Source: an uncultured Mycoplasmatota bacterium
GTDB lineage: Bacteria > Bacillota_I > Bacilli_A > RF39 > UBA660
DNA length: 49,951 bases
Direction of reading: 5' to 3'
NCBI GenBank assembly: GCA_945919295.1
Contig: CAMEJC010000003.1
Coordinates: 1 to 49,951, forward strand
Part shown: piece by piece, positions 47,896 to 49,951 of the stretch
Layout of the letters: every line of letters begins with the position of its first letter
How positions within the stretch are numbered: position 1 is the stretch's first letter
The notes under the pieces: model-generated
The model's input: the letters and a program-made list of their open reading frames with translations, nothing else
What the model was told of the DNA's origin: nothing
Database searches by the model: none
Made by a program: the position numbers and the translations under genes

Positions 47896-49227
47896 ATGTC
47901 AAAGACAAATAAATTTCGTGTCAAGCAATTTGAAAAAAATAAAATAACAGTCGAAGAAGAAAGAAAAAAACATTCACCATTTATTCTTTTCTTTATAAAT
48001 AATGGCAAACTAATATTTACTATCTCACTTCTTTTTTCTTTGACAGTATTCATAATTGCTATATCACTTACTTTATCCAATATCAAAGATTCATCCATCA
48101 TTATATATGAATCAAATGGAGTAGTAGTTTCCTTTGATGGAAATGATCAAAGTATTATAAATGGAACTCCTATAACTAAAGATTATGCTTCAAAAATATT
48201 TAATAGTAATATAGAAGATAAACAAGATATCGGAGTAGTTATAAAAATAAAAGAAAGAAATTTTAAAACAGGTACCATAATATTTTATTCTGACAAAACA
48301 GCCTTAGTAAAATATAATAATGGCGAATACTTAAGAGTATTTTCCATAAATAATAATTATGGAATAAGTGAAGATGGTATCATTAATCGAAGTGCCATTA
48401 CAAAAAAAGTAACCGGAGAAATAAAAACAAATAGCTCTTTAGGTATTACAATGTTATATTTATCTGATGGAAGTGTCGAAGTAACAAAAGAAAATGTAAC
48501 ATTCTTTGTTCGAAATAGTGATCTAACTTCTCTTGATAATAAATTCTATACCAATCTAAGTATCGTATCTCTACCAATCAAAAAAGAAGAAAATAAAATC
48601 TATTATTCCAATGGTACTATCAAAGAAAATAATTATCTACTAGTAGATAATACAAAATATAACAAAACTAATGAATTAACTATTCATGATAATATAAAAA
48701 TAATTTATTATGAAAATAATTTTGCCGAAGTAATAAAAGATAATTTAAGTATTATCGTTGAAAAATCAGAACATATAATTTATGATGATAATATCTTTGA
48801 AATAGTAGATAACTCTATTGGCGAAGAGAAAATAGATATAAAAGATATTATGGATATCAAAACCATAACATTAGAAAATACCAATCAAACAGCTTCTAAT
48901 TACATGATCGTTCTAGAAGAAACAAATAATTATCAAAAACATCATGTAACACGAAGATTGCCAAGTGAGTATATAAATTATAATGTCTATTTAAATAGAA
49001 ATAAAATAAATAATCAAGTATTAAATAATAACATAAAAGGAACCAGTAAAGCAAGTGGTTTATCACTAAAAAACAATACCTATCTAATATATGAAGGAAA
49101 ATTAGAAAAATTAAGTACAGTAACAGTAAAAATAGGTATGTGGATAAGTTATGAAACAATAACTAACGAATATATGAATTCAGCTTTTATTGGAACAATC
49201 AAAGTATATGTCGAATCATTAAGTTAG
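47896..49227 (+). CDS. Membrane-anchored protein with beta-repeats and a C-terminal TasA-like domain
   Basis: One TM; repeated YSD/YSNG hairpins; C-terminus (TITLENT...KIGMWIS...FIGTIKV) resembles the next protein. Confidence 0.65.
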   Translation: MSKTNKFRVKQFEKNKITVEEERKKHSPFILFFINNGKLIFTISLLFSLTVFIIAISLTLSNIKDSSIIIYESNGVVVSFDGNDQSIINGTPITKDYASKIFNSNIEDKQDIGVVIKIKERNFKTGTIIFYSDKTALVKYNNGEYLRVFSINNNYGISEDGIINRSAITKKVTGEIKTNSSLGITMLYLSDGSVEVTKENVTFFVRNSDLTSLDNKFYTNLSIVSLPIKKEENKIYYSNGTIKENNYLLVDNTKYNKTNELTIHDNIKIIYYENNFAEVIKDNLSIIVEKSEHIIYDDNIFEIVDNSIGEEKIDIKDIMDIKTITLENTNQTASNYMIVLEETNNYQKHHVTRRLPSEYINYNVYLNRNKINNQVLNNNIKGTSKASGLSLKNNTYLIYEGKLEKLSTVTVKIGMWISYETITNEYMNSAFIGTIKVYVESLS

Positions 49228-49288
49228 ACACATCAATAAAAATATGTTATAATCGAATAAAGAATAAATAAAGTAAGTAGGTGATGAT

Positions 49289-49951
49289 ATGAAAAACAAA
49301 AAAAATATCAAAATAGCAGTAATCATTCTATCAATAGTTTTAGTAGTAATAGCTATAAGTACCGCTACTTACTCACTATTCTATAGTGAAAGTACCGCTG
49401 CTAATCCCGAAAGTTATTCTACAGGATTACTTTCCATAACAGCAACATCTAAATCAGATAACATATCACTTACCGATGCCCTACCAATGACCGATGAAGA
49501 TGGAATAAATAGTACCCCATATACATTTAGTATTAAAAATATAGGTAATTTAGATTATAAATTTAACATCAAATTACTATCGACAAGTAGTAATACCATA
49601 TCACCACAATATATAAAATTAAAAATAGATGATGGAGAAGTAACAACCCTATCATCTCTAACGAATAGTATAATTAAAAGTGATGTAACCCTAAAAGCAA
49701 AAGAAAGTATTGATATAACAATTAGAGCCTGGCTCAGTATCGATACACCAAACTCAGAAATAGGTAAAACTTTCAATTCCAAGTTAGTAGCAGACGGCCA
49801 AGCAGTATATACTACTACTAATTATGAATCCGGAACATTAGCAGATACTATAACAACCTTATATTCACCAAATACAACTGCCGTAAATAATAGAATAACT
49901 TATAATTATGATACAACAAATAATCTAATGGAAGATACTCAAGGTAATATA
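49289..49951 (+). CDS. SipW-type signal peptide protein, TasA/camelysin-like (partial, runs off window)
   Basis: ATG 49289 with SD AGGTGA; MKNKKNIKIAVIILSIVLVVIAISTATYSLF signal; PYTFSIKNIGN and IRAWLS; promoter TAGACA-17-TATAAT at 49225-49253. Confidence 0.75.
   Translation, partial: MKNKKNIKIAVIILSIVLVVIAISTATYSLFYSESTAANPESYSTGLLSITATSKSDNISLTDALPMTDEDGINSTPYTFSIKNIGNLDYKFNIKLLSTSSNTISPQYIKLKIDDGEVTTLSSLTNSIIKSDVTLKAKESIDITIRAWLSIDTPNSEIGKTFNSKLVADGQAVYTTTNYESGTLADTITTLYSPNTTAVNNRITYNYDTTNNLMEDTQGNI

Overview
Very AT-rich chromosomal window from a reduced-genome, cell-walled Firmicute. It uses standard code 11 with TGA stops, has a short Mollicutes-like 5S rRNA, and keeps the Bacillus-like gpsB-rnpB and rodZ-pgsA-recA gene orders plus yunB; an RF39-like Bacilli lineage is inferred, not proven. 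The window opens with the 3' end of 23S rRNA and a 5S rRNA and carries housekeeping genes (queH, trmL, fbp, sufB, ssb, asnS, nifJ, gpsB, rnpB, pgsA, recA, ssrA). The dominant feature is a ~20 kb same-strand cluster (5.5-26.1 kb). It joins a Tad/Flp pilus operon (CpaB, CpaF, TadB, TadC, atypical Flp pilins, TadZ-like) to a Gram-positive-type T4SS (VirB2-like pilins, VirB6, VirB3/PrgI, VirB4, M23+lysozyme hydrolase, VirB8-like, VirD4). No relaxase, integrase or att site is visible, suggesting a domesticated contact/secretion or DNA-uptake machine. Downstream of the tmRNA 3' end is a small islet with an AbiF-like HEPN gene, followed by an unannotated ~65-nt RNA with its own promoter and terminator (candidate type III toxin-antitoxin). 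A SipW-type peptidase with TasA-like substrates closes the window. Four broken genes were reconstructed by eye: two internal deletions, one 7-bp repeat expansion and one frameshift. All family calls are motif-based; no database search was run.
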